NCBI GenBank assembly: GCA_963784355.1
Contig: CAWAQU010000007.1
Span: 1 to 64,000 of the forward strand
Direction of reading: 5' to 3'
DNA length: 64,000 nucleotides
From: an uncultured bacterium
GTDB lineage: Bacteria; Patescibacteriota; JACMRA01
The notes beneath the pieces were generated by a model, which was given only the letters and a program-made list of their open reading frames with translations, did no database searches and had not been told where the DNA came from. Below are positions 10,138 to 20,276 of the stretch, one piece after another (positions within the stretch are counted from its first letter, which is position 1; every line of letters starts with the position of its first letter). The translations under genes and the position numbers were made by a program.

Positions 10138-10171
10138 AATTGCATAATGTAAATCAATTAAATAATTAACC

Positions 10172-11122
10172 ATGAAGTTTACCAATAGCTACATTACAGA
10201 GTTTCTGTCTGAATTGAATTTAGTTTTGACTCAAGAAGATTATGGAAACAAACTTTATGACTTAATTACACCAGTAAAAAGCTTATTACAAAAAGAAGAT
10301 GAAATTTTGAGTTTTTCTTTGGCAAAATACTCCGGAGCCAATGCTAGATTAGCCTTCTTTTGTGAATGGTACTATTTTACATTTAAATTAACTACGAATA
10401 CTGAGATATTATCCAGAGAAACCTATTCACATCTTGCCAAAAAACTTAAAGACAAATGGAAAAATAATAGCGATTTTACGAATATTTTATACAAAAATTC
10501 ACAGGAAGTTTTTTTACCAATGCAAATAGCATTTTTGCACAGCAAATCTCAAGAATTTATTGATGAATTAATTTTAAAACATACTTTTCTTAAAAAATAT
10601 TTAAACGGTTCCTTTTTGAGTCAATTTACTTCAGGGGAATTACAAATGTACAAAAGATTTATTTCAGATGAATTAAATTTAAACCAATATATTGATTTGC
10701 AAGCATATCGAAGTAGTTTTCTAGCCATTTGTTTACCTTGTTTACTTGGTTTTGTGTACAATTTTAACCAGCAAGAAAGTGTGATAAATCCAAAAGGGAT
10801 CAAGTGGAATTTAGTAGAGGATATATTCAAACAAATTGCTGCCTTACATCAGACCGCACAAGATAAGGAATTTTACCGAGTAGTGTATGAGATAAGCCTT
10901 TCAGAAGGTGAAGAGAAAGATTGGTTTGAGTATGATAAGCAAAAACAGTATCAAATTAGTAGTACAAACGCAGCAACAATTGATGTAGTACAAATGGTCC
11001 GCGAGAAAATATATCAAAAACTGAAGAATGATTTGGATTATTTGGTTTTTCCTGACAAGTACAAGCTCATGATGCAGGATTTGGCTGACTGGTCTTTCAA
11101 TCTAAACAATAGCACTGTTTAA
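10172..11122 (+). CDS. Hypothetical all-alpha protein, possibly a degenerate polyprenyl synthetase fold
   Basis: 316-aa ORF. YIDLQAYRSSFLAICLPCLLG resembles the prenyl-synthase KT region, but there is no DDxxD. Confidence 0.5.
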   Translation: MKFTNSYITEFLSELNLVLTQEDYGNKLYDLITPVKSLLQKEDEILSFSLAKYSGANARLAFFCEWYYFTFKLTTNTEILSRETYSHLAKKLKDKWKNNSDFTNILYKNSQEVFLPMQIAFLHSKSQEFIDELILKHTFLKKYLNGSFLSQFTSGELQMYKRFISDELNLNQYIDLQAYRSSFLAICLPCLLGFVYNFNQQESVINPKGIKWNLVEDIFKQIAALHQTAQDKEFYRVVYEISLSEGEEKDWFEYDKQKQYQISSTNAATIDVVQMVREKIYQKLKNDLDYLVFPDKYKLMMQDLADWSFNLNNSTV

Positions 11123-11134
11123 ACTTTTTTATGT

Positions 11135-12130
11135 ATGGCAGAACCCAATATTGATATTTCAGCTTTTAAAAATCCTGATGGAACAAATTATAGGTTAGGG
11201 GAAAAACTGAACCTTGGGTCGGTAAAAGCCTTTTTAATTGAGAAAAACTATAATGTAATAAGCTTGAATCAAGAGGGCAGGTATATATTTGGAAGGCTTC
11301 AACAACAAAACCAAAGCAAAGATTATTTCTTCAAATTAGCTACAACAGAGGGTTTAAATCAGAGATTAAAGAATGAGATATCTTGGACGACAAATATTTA
11401 CAATCAAATTCAAAATCAAAAAATCAATTTTTTTAAAGTGCCACAAATTTTGGAAACTGGGAAAATAGATAAATATAACTACTATTTAGCTGAATTTATT
11501 GATTATCCTCTGCTTGCAGAAAAACGGACTTTTACTCATAAACCGGAACCAAAAGATATCCAAAAATTTATCTCCAAAATCATTCAGACAAATAGATTTA
11601 TAGATCAGCTTCCAAAATTTGAATTATTTCTCGATATGGGTGTTAAGCCCGATACAGCTAAAAGATCGGAAGAATTTTATACTAAAAATAGTAGTTGGTA
11701 CGATACTAGAGTCAAAGCAAAATACAATTTAGATAATGTGTTAGAAGAGGTCAAAAATTTTAGTACCAACTTGGAATTTGGTTTAAATCATGGCGATCTA
11801 GTACCGTGGAACATACTAGCTAAAGACGGTGAGCTTATAGTGCTTGATGGTGAGCATGCTTCTTTTTACAAGCCAAAATATTATGATGTAGTATATATGT
11901 ATCATAGATTGTATACAAGCTTAGAATTACCGGAATTAGCCAAAGACTATATTAATCAATATAGAATTTCTCTTGCCGGCGACAAAGTAAATGATTTTGA
12001 TGATAAATTTAGAACAATTATTGCAGGACGCATTATTGGAGGTTTATGGGATGCTATCAATGACAAAATTGAAAATTTAGAATTTCACGAGCTTCTACTA
12101 AAAGATTTTCATACAGTAGAATTATACTAA
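11135..12130 (+). CDS. APH/choline kinase-like phosphotransferase
   Basis: YFFK, NEI, HGDLVPWN (Brenner motif), VLDGE. Confidence 0.8.
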   Translation: MAEPNIDISAFKNPDGTNYRLGEKLNLGSVKAFLIEKNYNVISLNQEGRYIFGRLQQQNQSKDYFFKLATTEGLNQRLKNEISWTTNIYNQIQNQKINFFKVPQILETGKIDKYNYYLAEFIDYPLLAEKRTFTHKPEPKDIQKFISKIIQTNRFIDQLPKFELFLDMGVKPDTAKRSEEFYTKNSSWYDTRVKAKYNLDNVLEEVKNFSTNLEFGLNHGDLVPWNILAKDGELIVLDGEHASFYKPKYYDVVYMYHRLYTSLELPELAKDYINQYRISLAGDKVNDFDDKFRTIIAGRIIGGLWDAINDKIENLEFHELLLKDFHTVELY

Positions 12131-12409
12131 TTTTAGTATTTTATAACGTATACTTTCCTATAATCAACCCAAATACTATATACATGTAAATCACCTCAGC
12201 TTGACATTATATGGATGTTTTGTATACTTAGGCTAGTTGTTTTGTAATATAAACACGCTACAAAAATAAATTGATCACAAAAACAATTTTAATTTAATAT
12301 TAAACTACAGCCTATCCGAGCAAAAGCGATTTTAAGTAGTTAATGTTTATTTTGTATTAAGCCTTTTTACACTAAAAGGTTCGGATTTTTGTCCCCAAAT
12401 CTAACAAAG

Positions 12410-13588
12410 ATGTATATGAAAAAGTTATTCAATAATAAAAAAGATATAATAGTATTTAGCCATATCAAATGGGAATCACTTAAAAAAAGACCACAATTAG
12501 TAATCTCAAAATTAGCAAAAAGTAGAAAAGTTTTGTTTGTTGAAGAGCCAATTGAATTTGCTCCTGCAGAAGAAAAAACAGTACAAATAAAAAAAATAAA
12601 CCGAAATATTTGTGTAATGCAACCAAAAATTGCTCAGGAAAATATAAATTCTCAACTACCAAATTTAATCAAACAACATTTAAAAAAACAAACTTTGGAA
12701 TCTGATCCAATACTTTGGTTTTACTCACCAATTTTTGAGGGGGTCACAAATCAAATAGACAATAGCATGGTTATTTATGATTGTATGCAAGATTTTTCTA
12801 CAAATGAAGAAATTGCTCACCTAGAAAAACGATTGCTGAATAAAGCTGATGTTGTTCTGACGGATAGTGAAGGGTTGTATGAAATCAAAAAAACACAAAA
12901 CCACAATACCCACTATATACCTACATGGGTTGATAGATATCACTATGAACAAGCTTTTGAAAGATCTACCAAGATTCCTGGAGACATAGCTGCTATCAAG
13001 CCTATGATCATGGGATATGTAGGTACTATTGATAGCCGTATAGACTTTGATCTACTCAAAAAAATCGCAACAAGAGCTCCACAAATCTCTTTTGTTATGA
13101 TTGGTCCAGTACAAGGTATCAATACTCGTAAAATTCCTAAATTGCCAAATATACACTTTTTAGGCGAAAAAACCTATGAAGAATTACCTGGATATTTAAA
13201 AGCGATTGATATTGCTCTTATACCATTTTTAAATAATGAAGAAACTCAAAATATACGGCCTTTAAAGACTCTTGAATACTTAGCTGCAAGAAAAAGAGTT
13301 ATTTCCACAAAAGTGAAGCAAATTACTGAAGAATGTGGACAAATTGTTTCATTTATATCAGATGAAAATGAATTTGTAGATACGGTAAATAAGTATATTC
13401 ACGAAGGATTTGGACCAAAGGTACATAGAGAGTTTTTACAAGACAGGTATATAAGATCAAGCTCTTGGGACAAAATAAGTGCTCAAATTGAGAACCTCAT
13501 CAATACAGTACTTGATAAACAAGTGCAAGATGCAAAAGATCAGTACAAAGCAGAGAAACAATATGGTTCTGTTGCTAAATTAGCCTAA
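12410..13588 (+). CDS. Glycosyltransferase, GT-B/GT4 (TuaH-like)
   Basis: FSHIKW..LKKRPQ, VLFVEEP, IYDCM, GYVGTIDSRIDF, PLKTLEYLAA. Confidence 0.85.
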   Translation: MYMKKLFNNKKDIIVFSHIKWESLKKRPQLVISKLAKSRKVLFVEEPIEFAPAEEKTVQIKKINRNICVMQPKIAQENINSQLPNLIKQHLKKQTLESDPILWFYSPIFEGVTNQIDNSMVIYDCMQDFSTNEEIAHLEKRLLNKADVVLTDSEGLYEIKKTQNHNTHYIPTWVDRYHYEQAFERSTKIPGDIAAIKPMIMGYVGTIDSRIDFDLLKKIATRAPQISFVMIGPVQGINTRKIPKLPNIHFLGEKTYEELPGYLKAIDIALIPFLNNEETQNIRPLKTLEYLAARKRVISTKVKQITEECGQIVSFISDENEFVDTVNKYIHEGFGPKVHREFLQDRYIRSSSWDKISAQIENLINTVLDKQVQDAKDQYKAEKQYGSVAKLA

Positions 13589-13615
13589 ACTATTAAATTT
13601 TCTCACTTATAATTG

Positions 13616-13648
13616 GTGTGTTAGCTCCTGATGCTGGCACACTTTTTT
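13616..13648 (+). terminator. Intrinsic terminator
   Basis: GTGTGTTAGC-loop-GCTGGCACAC followed by a T run. Confidence 0.65.
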
Positions 13649-13731
13649 ATCTGGTAATCTGGGCATGTACTTTATGATATTTTGTGAAGTTTCTTAAATC
13701 AGTATTTGAAGCTTTTAACGTTGAAATTGAG

Positions 13732-14553
13732 CTATACAGGCATACTTAAACACTTACAAGCACCCCCTGATTTCATGAATTCAGTCATTTCAACCTCCCA
13801 TACCGTATAACCTAAGTTTTTAAGTAGTTTGTTTGTCTCAAAGCAATTAGCCGGGATTATTATATTTTTATCTAAAACTAATGAATTACAAGCAAATTTA
13901 ATTGCCTCTTCTTCAGGTACTTCAAATAATTCAATATGTTTTTTAGCAAGCTGTATAGAGTTTTGGCTAATTGCTCCTGGAAAATACAGGGCTTGGTTTT
14001 CATTTAAAGGACAAAAACAAGTATCTAAATGATAAAACCTAGAGTCAATAAGCTCCATAAGTATCATTTCAAAAGGTAGCCTATCAAGGCTTAATTTTTG
14101 CCTTAGACTAATTTCAATTTCTACAAAACTTTCTTTTTGACTTCGAAAACCATAGCCGCAAAATACTTTCTTATCTCCAGACCACAAATTATCTCCATGT
14201 CCCTCAAATTTGAATTTATCATCAATATCTAGGATTTCATATCCATTTTCTTTAAACCATTTACTAAAATAGATCCGTTCTCCCTGTCTCTCAGGGTAAT
14301 AAAAGTTCGAAGGTATAAATATATTTTGATGTAAAAATCCGGCATCAATAAATACTAAATCGGGTAATTTTGGCTGCGGAGTGATTAGTTTAATATCTAC
14401 ACCCAAGCTTTTAATAGTGTTGTGAAGATTTTGCCATTGCTTTTGAGCTAAATTTGTTTCGGGTTGAACTTCTAAATGCATCCAAGGATTAATGGAGTAT
14501 TCTATATCAAAATATTCTGGTGGGCACATCAAAATTGTCTGGTTATTTTGCAT
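13732..14553 (-). CDS. Amidinotransferase / dimethylarginine dimethylaminohydrolase-family protein
   Basis: LMCPP..F..EYSINPWM, LPDLVF, FEGHGD, FYHLDTCFCPL, EFMKSGGACKCL. Confidence 0.88.
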   Translation of the reverse strand: MQNNQTILMCPPEYFDIEYSINPWMHLEVQPETNLAQKQWQNLHNTIKSLGVDIKLITPQPKLPDLVFIDAGFLHQNIFIPSNFYYPERQGERIYFSKWFKENGYEILDIDDKFKFEGHGDNLWSGDKKVFCGYGFRSQKESFVEIEISLRQKLSLDRLPFEMILMELIDSRFYHLDTCFCPLNENQALYFPGAISQNSIQLAKKHIELFEVPEEEAIKFACNSLVLDKNIIIPANCFETNKLLKNLGYTVWEVEMTEFMKSGGACKCLSMPV

Positions 14554-14753
14554 AATGGAGTACTTAAAGTTTTTTTCACATGTGTCAAGAAGCTTAATTT
14601 TGTGCTGATTTCCTTGATCTTAGAGACCGAATGAAAAATAATCCCTTGCCAAAAACGAAAAAATAATTCTATATAGTTGTTATATTATAGTATCGGTTGT
14701 TATTTCTAATAAAATTGAATGAAGCCATATTGTAATTTTACTTATTTTTGCTT

Positions 14754-15095
14754 ATGGCTAACACAACTAAACTTTTTGTCCACGTTTTCAAACCTGAAAT
14801 GACAAAAGAAGAACGAATCGACCTTGTTATCAGCGCTTTCAGCGAATATGGCGATATTACTGAAGATAACATTTCTTTAATCACTGACCGTGAACACGGC
14901 GGCTACACAAACTATTGTTTTGTAGAAATTGACGCTGACGCTGCGAAAGATGTCGTTAATAACCTAAACGAAACTGAAGCTTCTAACGGTTTAAACTGGT
15001 CTATTTCAGTAGCTAAACCAAAGACTGAGAGATCTGACAGATCTAGTGGTGGTTACAATGGCGGTTACCGTCAAAACCAAAATAAAAATTGGTAG
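14754..15095 (+). CDS. RRM RNA-binding protein with Gly-rich tail
   Basis: KLFV, FSEYG, DREHG...YCFVE (RNP1), ISVAKPK. Confidence 0.8.
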   Translation: MANTTKLFVHVFKPEMTKEERIDLVISAFSEYGDITEDNISLITDREHGGYTNYCFVEIDADAAKDVVNNLNETEASNGLNWSISVAKPKTERSDRSSGGYNGGYRQNQNKNW

Positions 15096-15120
15096 TTTCA
15101 AAACTTATCAAAACAGATTT

Positions 15121-15144
15121 ATAGTCCTTTCGGGGGCTATTTTT
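15121..15144 (+). terminator. Intrinsic terminator
   Basis: ATAGTCCT-TTCG-GGGGCTAT followed by TTTT. Confidence 0.75.
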
Positions 15145-15289
15145 CTTGTCCGGATATTGTAGGAAGTGAAAATTACGATAAAATAAAAAGTAATATAATT
15201 AAATTGTGTCCGTATAATCAAGTAGTAATCTGATCTAAAGTTGACATTATGATAAATTAAGCTTAGTCTAGACACAGATTTAATCGGTT

Positions 15290-16741
15290 ATGTTTGATTT
15301 TATTTGGGGTTTGGTTGTTGGATTATTTCAGGTAATTTTATTTGGGGGTTTCTTTATTTTCGGTATAAAATACTATGAATGGTACGATGATAGGTTGGTC
15401 GCCAAAAAAGGTGGCCAATGGGCTTCATCCCAAAAAATAGTTACTGTCGAGCTTATTGTCCCACCAAACACTCCGGTACCAATTTCTGAAATGGAGACAT
15501 TTTTTACTGATGCTCATGTAATCAGCGGTAATCGTAGTGCATCTGAAATCTATGCCTCAGGTGCCGGGTTTTTTAATATGACATTTGATTTGATTGGTCA
15601 TGATGGTAAAGTGCAGATATATCTCACACTGGAGAAGGCTAGAATGGAGCTTGTTTTATCATTTTTGAATCATCATTATCCCGCAATTGAAGCACATGAA
15701 TGCGAACATCCATTTAAAAAATGGCCTCAAGAATGGTGGATGGAAGACGGTGTGTTTGGGTTAAAGACACTTAGAGGAGCGGATTTTGTACCTTTAAAAA
15801 GTGATTTATTCCCATTGAAAAGTTGGAAAAAGTTTTATAATTCAAATGGAATACTGGTCAATGATCCGATGAACATGCTGTATAATACGCTAAAATCAAT
15901 GCCAAGTGATGGTTATTTGATCATGCAATATATATTTCGTCCTCATCCGCAAGTACAGGTCAGTAGAACAAAAGGTTGGAATAGTGAATTACAAAAGCTG
16001 CGAAAAAATTTTCTAACCAATTCATTTGTAGATAAAACCAGTATGTCATTGCAGGCTTTGACAAAAGAGGAAGAGGAGATATTGCAAGGAGTTCAAGTCA
16101 AATTAAATAGTACCCAATATAGGGTGAAATTTAGGTGGATGGTTGCTTATGATAAGCAAAGTAAAACTGTTGATGACGGAAATGTCAGAAAAGGAATTGG
16201 AGCTTATTTACAAGAATTATCTACATCAATGCAGGGCCTAAAAGACTCAGGCGATACAAGTACCGAGAAAAAATATGATGGTGGAAAATTTGGACCGTTT
16301 GACGGAATGATGGGTAATTGGTTGAACAAAAAATATTGGGATGGGAGCGAAAAATATTATAGATTAAGAAGATTGTATTCAGCTGTAGTCGGGCAATCTT
16401 TAGATACAGGAGAGTCATCATCAAACTTTTTTCTTGATCCGGGTAGTTGTGCAAGCTTGTTTCATTTTCCTCAAGATAAAGAAGCGTACAATAATACTCA
16501 GACAACTCAAACTACTCAAAATGCTGACGGTAAGGTAGTTATTCAGCAATATCAACCTGCTTTTTATATCAGACAGCCGGATGGTACTCAAGTGCCGGTA
16601 ATGAATGGTAGCGGGCAAGCTCTTCCGGGAAATTATGTAAGAGATCCAAATACCGGAGAAATTTTAAGTCTAGGTGCCTTGCCTGCAAGTAATCAAAATG
16701 AAGAATTGAAACATACTCCACCTGAGGATTTACCTACTTAA
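15290..16741 (+). CDS. Membrane-anchored hypothetical resembling the N-terminal accessory domain of CPR VirD4/TraG-like proteins, without the ATPase
   Basis: N-terminal TM, then ELIVPP, YPAIE, DPMN, QYIFRP, ASLFHFP. Recognised from memory of CPR proteins. Confidence 0.5.
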   Translation: MFDFIWGLVVGLFQVILFGGFFIFGIKYYEWYDDRLVAKKGGQWASSQKIVTVELIVPPNTPVPISEMETFFTDAHVISGNRSASEIYASGAGFFNMTFDLIGHDGKVQIYLTLEKARMELVLSFLNHHYPAIEAHECEHPFKKWPQEWWMEDGVFGLKTLRGADFVPLKSDLFPLKSWKKFYNSNGILVNDPMNMLYNTLKSMPSDGYLIMQYIFRPHPQVQVSRTKGWNSELQKLRKNFLTNSFVDKTSMSLQALTKEEEEILQGVQVKLNSTQYRVKFRWMVAYDKQSKTVDDGNVRKGIGAYLQELSTSMQGLKDSGDTSTEKKYDGGKFGPFDGMMGNWLNKKYWDGSEKYYRLRRLYSAVVGQSLDTGESSSNFFLDPGSCASLFHFPQDKEAYNNTQTTQTTQNADGKVVIQQYQPAFYIRQPDGTQVPVMNGSGQALPGNYVRDPNTGEILSLGALPASNQNEELKHTPPEDLPT

Positions 16742-16763
16742 TTCCGTTATATATTACAAATAG

Positions 16764-18299
16764 CTATTTTACAGAATCTAACTTGGGCTCTATAGGTTCA
16801 ACTTTTGGAAACAAAATCGGAGATTTAATGATTCTATCTTCAGAAAAAATTTCGTAGATTTGAGCACCTGTTTTAGGTAAAAATAATGCTAATGTTCTTG
16901 AAATTTCTAGCATTGCTTTAGCAGATCTATTTAAAATCTCGCTTATCTTTTTTTCATTTTTATCTTTATTTTTTGCAAGTTCCCAAGGTTTCGTTTCTTC
17001 TAAATATTGGTTTATTTTGGTACTTTGAGCAAATAATGCCTGGAAAGCTTTTTCGGGAGCTAAATTCATCAAGTTTTGGTATACTAAATCCAAGTCTATC
17101 AAACCAGTGATCTCATAATTATCGACATCTACAAAGCCATTCAAATTCTTTTCTACTAAATTACTTATTCTTACAACTAAATTCCCCAAATTATCCGCTA
17201 AATTTGCATTGTATGATTCTCTGGCCCGCTCCCAATCAAAGCTGGTATCACCAACAGAGTTGCAATCATGTAGTACAAAATATCTCACTCCTTCAGTACC
17301 GAACTTTTCAACAAATTCATGAATTTCAAAACCATTACCCAAAGATTTGGCAAACTTTCTACCTAGACTATCTGTAATCATCCCGTGAATAACTATAGAT
17401 TTGATCGGTGGAAGTTCTAACCCAAACAATATTGCAGGGTATATTATTAAGTGAAATTTAGAATTATCACGTCCAATTACTTGCAAATCTTGTGGCATTC
17501 TATTTTTCAGCTCTGACCAAACCCTTCCTTCAACCTCTTTTTTTTGGTCGCTATCTTTATCTTTCCACTCATCAAATAGTTCATCATCTACAATAGGCGT
17601 GAGGTAGCTAAGAAGGGCCTCAAACCATACATACATAACTTGGGAATCATCAGTCCAAACGGGTACCCCCCAATCGACTGACAATCTTTTACGATCTCGA
17701 GAAAAAGAAATATCTTCCAATTTTTCTACAAAGTTTTTCATTTCCACAACTACACTTTTATCGGGTACTTTAACCTCATCTAGATATTCAAAAATCCTGG
17801 TTTTAAATGCAGAGAGTTTAAAAAAGTAGTTTTCTTCATCGACTTCTTGAATTTCCAGGTTAGTATGAACTGGACATCTATTGTTTATCAGTTGGCTTGG
17901 AGAATAAAAATCCTCACAACCTTTACAGTATAAACCTTTGTAAATTTTTTTATAGATTAAACCCTTACTTTTAAGTTTTTCCCAAACTAAATTTGAAATC
18001 CAGTGGTGTTTTTCGGTTGATGTCTGTACAAATTGATCCGATATAATTTCTAACGAAGCATAAAAATCTTTAAATTCACTATACTTTTGATCTACAAAAG
18101 ACTTCGGACTGATCCCAAGCTCTACAGCTTTATCTGCGATTTTAAAACTGTGCTCGTCTGTACCCATTGTAAAGTAAGTATTTCCGTCATATAGTCTGCC
18201 AAAAAAACGGTTAAATGTGTCAGCATAAATTGCATCAATTGCTGTACCAATGTGAGGATTTGCATTGGTGTATGGTCTGGAAGTAGTAATTAAGTACAT
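16764..18299 (-). CDS. metG: Methionyl-tRNA synthetase
   Basis: PYTNANPHIGT (HIGH variant), GTDEH, YCKGCEDF, YVWFEAL, KFAKSLGN (KMSKS variant), LADNLGNLV.R. Confidence 0.93.
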   Translation of the reverse strand: MYLITTSRPYTNANPHIGTAIDAIYADTFNRFFGRLYDGNTYFTMGTDEHSFKIADKAVELGISPKSFVDQKYSEFKDFYASLEIISDQFVQTSTEKHHWISNLVWEKLKSKGLIYKKIYKGLYCKGCEDFYSPSQLINNRCPVHTNLEIQEVDEENYFFKLSAFKTRIFEYLDEVKVPDKSVVVEMKNFVEKLEDISFSRDRKRLSVDWGVPVWTDDSQVMYVWFEALLSYLTPIVDDELFDEWKDKDSDQKKEVEGRVWSELKNRMPQDLQVIGRDNSKFHLIIYPAILFGLELPPIKSIVIHGMITDSLGRKFAKSLGNGFEIHEFVEKFGTEGVRYFVLHDCNSVGDTSFDWERARESYNANLADNLGNLVVRISNLVEKNLNGFVDVDNYEITGLIDLDLVYQNLMNLAPEKAFQALFAQSTKINQYLEETKPWELAKNKDKNEKKISEILNRSAKAMLEISRTLALFLPKTGAQIYEIFSEDRIIKSPILFPKVEPIEPKLDSVK

Positions 18300-18498
18300 T
18301 TAAACAAGGATTTTAATATTTAAATCAAACTCCCATAGAAATTTTTTGTCAAAATCTATTTAAAAATAAAAGTGTCTGTGCCGCTATATATAGTAGCTAT
18401 AAATCAAGATTAAGCAGCCATATACTATATAGCTCTTTACAAAACTAAAATTATTTTGCTTAATAACACTTAAGTTTCTAAAAACTGGTTACATATAT

Positions 18499-19473
18499 AT
18501 GATAGCTCAACACATCCACACCTCGCACATGAGTAAGAAGGTATCAGCCTTGGCTGTATCTATAATTACTTTATTTTTAATGTTACTAAGCAATATAGGT
18601 GCTCATGCGGTTACTCCGGGCCCTGCATTTTCAAGATTTAGTTTTGGTTGTGCAGCTGAAGATTTTTACGCTTGTCCAAAAAATGCTGATACAGCCGTAG
18701 GTCCTTGGGTCCTCGGTCAGTGGCAAACTTATCATACTAATTGGCTTAACAATTTTAAAACTAACGAAAGTAAGAATACAATTCCCTATATACACACATA
18801 TATTATTGCAGGATTAGCTCGAAGTGAATGGGGATTGCAGGATTGTAACGTTGGTAGCAACAACACACTTTGTCAGAAAGGTGCTGACTACATCCGAAAT
18901 AGAAGTGATAAAATAAACCAGACTTATATTGATGTAGCTAAGAGTATTAAAACAAACTGGGGCACTTCCAGACCACTTTTGATGCATTTAGAGCCGGATT
19001 TTTATCAATATCATAACGATTCACAGCAACAAAACAAATTAAGTCTGCAAGAATCTTGGGACAGATTAAATCTAATTTCTCAAAGTATCAAAGGTATCTT
19101 ACCTAATGCACATCTGGTTTTAGACATATCCCCATGGAATAGTGAATTGGCTACGTGGAGTAGGGGTTTTCAAGGTTTCAGTTATGGAGGTATGGTCGGA
19201 AAATCATTTCCTGCTGATGGTGTAAACGGTTCTAATACTATAGATGGCAAAACCTATAGACAGATGTACCAGCAAGTGAACCTACCATTGATAGTAGACA
19301 CTGCCTATGGAGCTGGAGGAGGCTTAACTTCATTTGATTGGTCTTGGACACCTAGACAAACTCTAACAGATAGATACTATGATGGCGTTGCAGCTATTAT
19401 ACAACCGGGCTATCAACATACTGATTACTACAGTGGTTTAATTAACGAGTTTAAATTAAATCCAATTAGGTAA
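18499..19473 (+). CDS. Secreted protein, putative glycoside-hydrolase-like TIM barrel
   Basis: Sec signal ending AHA. WGLQDCNVG..LCQKGADYIR, LEPDFYQY, LDISPW; aromatic-rich. Confidence 0.55.
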   Translation: MIAQHIHTSHMSKKVSALAVSIITLFLMLLSNIGAHAVTPGPAFSRFSFGCAAEDFYACPKNADTAVGPWVLGQWQTYHTNWLNNFKTNESKNTIPYIHTYIIAGLARSEWGLQDCNVGSNNTLCQKGADYIRNRSDKINQTYIDVAKSIKTNWGTSRPLLMHLEPDFYQYHNDSQQQNKLSLQESWDRLNLISQSIKGILPNAHLVLDISPWNSELATWSRGFQGFSYGGMVGKSFPADGVNGSNTIDGKTYRQMYQQVNLPLIVDTAYGAGGGLTSFDWSWTPRQTLTDRYYDGVAAIIQPGYQHTDYYSGLINEFKLNPIR

Positions 19474-19769
19474 AACAAAAGCAAATTCATTGATTATTTT
19501 GATAGAATATTTAAATCTTCCTGTTCAAATTATACTTTTTATGTATATTGAGCAGGATTTTTGCTAATTCAAAAAAAGTGTGTTATAATTAATGTATTAC
19601 TGAAACTTATAAGTATCTACTTGTTAAATATTTGATTCAAAACTCTATAAATAATTCAAAATTAAGTTGAAATAAAAATTAAGAGTTTGTTTGACAAGGC
19701 ACAAAAAACATGCTATGAGAAGTAATTAGAAGTTAAATATTTTTTTAAAAGATAACAAAAAATACCATT

Positions 19770-20261
19770 ATGAATAAGCAAGAGATTTTAGATATTAATG
19801 AGGTCAATAATCAAGCAATGTTGTTTAATGGTATCGCAACCACTACTAGTGCTTATTTAGGAGGTAGTTTTAATCACACTATGGAAGGTAGCAACACTTT
19901 GCAACAACCAAAACCTCAAGTAGAACAAATATCAAATCCTCACAAGTCAAGATTAGATCAGTTAAAAATAAAAAAGGATATTGTAAATCCAGCTGTAGAA
20001 TCTGTAAAGCCTGCCAGTGTACAAGAACAATTGCCTGTACCACAGGAAAAACCTGCTATTTCCACTCATGAAAAATTGAAACCAGGATTTAATAATATAG
20101 CACCTTACAACTCTCAAAAATTAGAAAAAAAAGTATCCCAAGAAGAAGAACAAAATACAACTGAAATTATGGTTAATTCCATTGAATATTATATAAAAAA
20201 TCATAATAAGCCTGGTACAGTAGGTACATTAGAAAAAATCTTTAATTCAGGGTTGAAATAA
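19770..20261 (+). CDS. Hypothetical protein, largely disordered
   Basis: 163-aa ORF downstream of a TTGACA promoter. Confidence 0.6.
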   Translation: MNKQEILDINEVNNQAMLFNGIATTTSAYLGGSFNHTMEGSNTLQQPKPQVEQISNPHKSRLDQLKIKKDIVNPAVESVKPASVQEQLPVPQEKPAISTHEKLKPGFNNIAPYNSQKLEKKVSQEEEQNTTEIMVNSIEYYIKNHNKPGTVGTLEKIFNSGLK

Positions 20262-20276
20262 TATTCAAAATAACAT

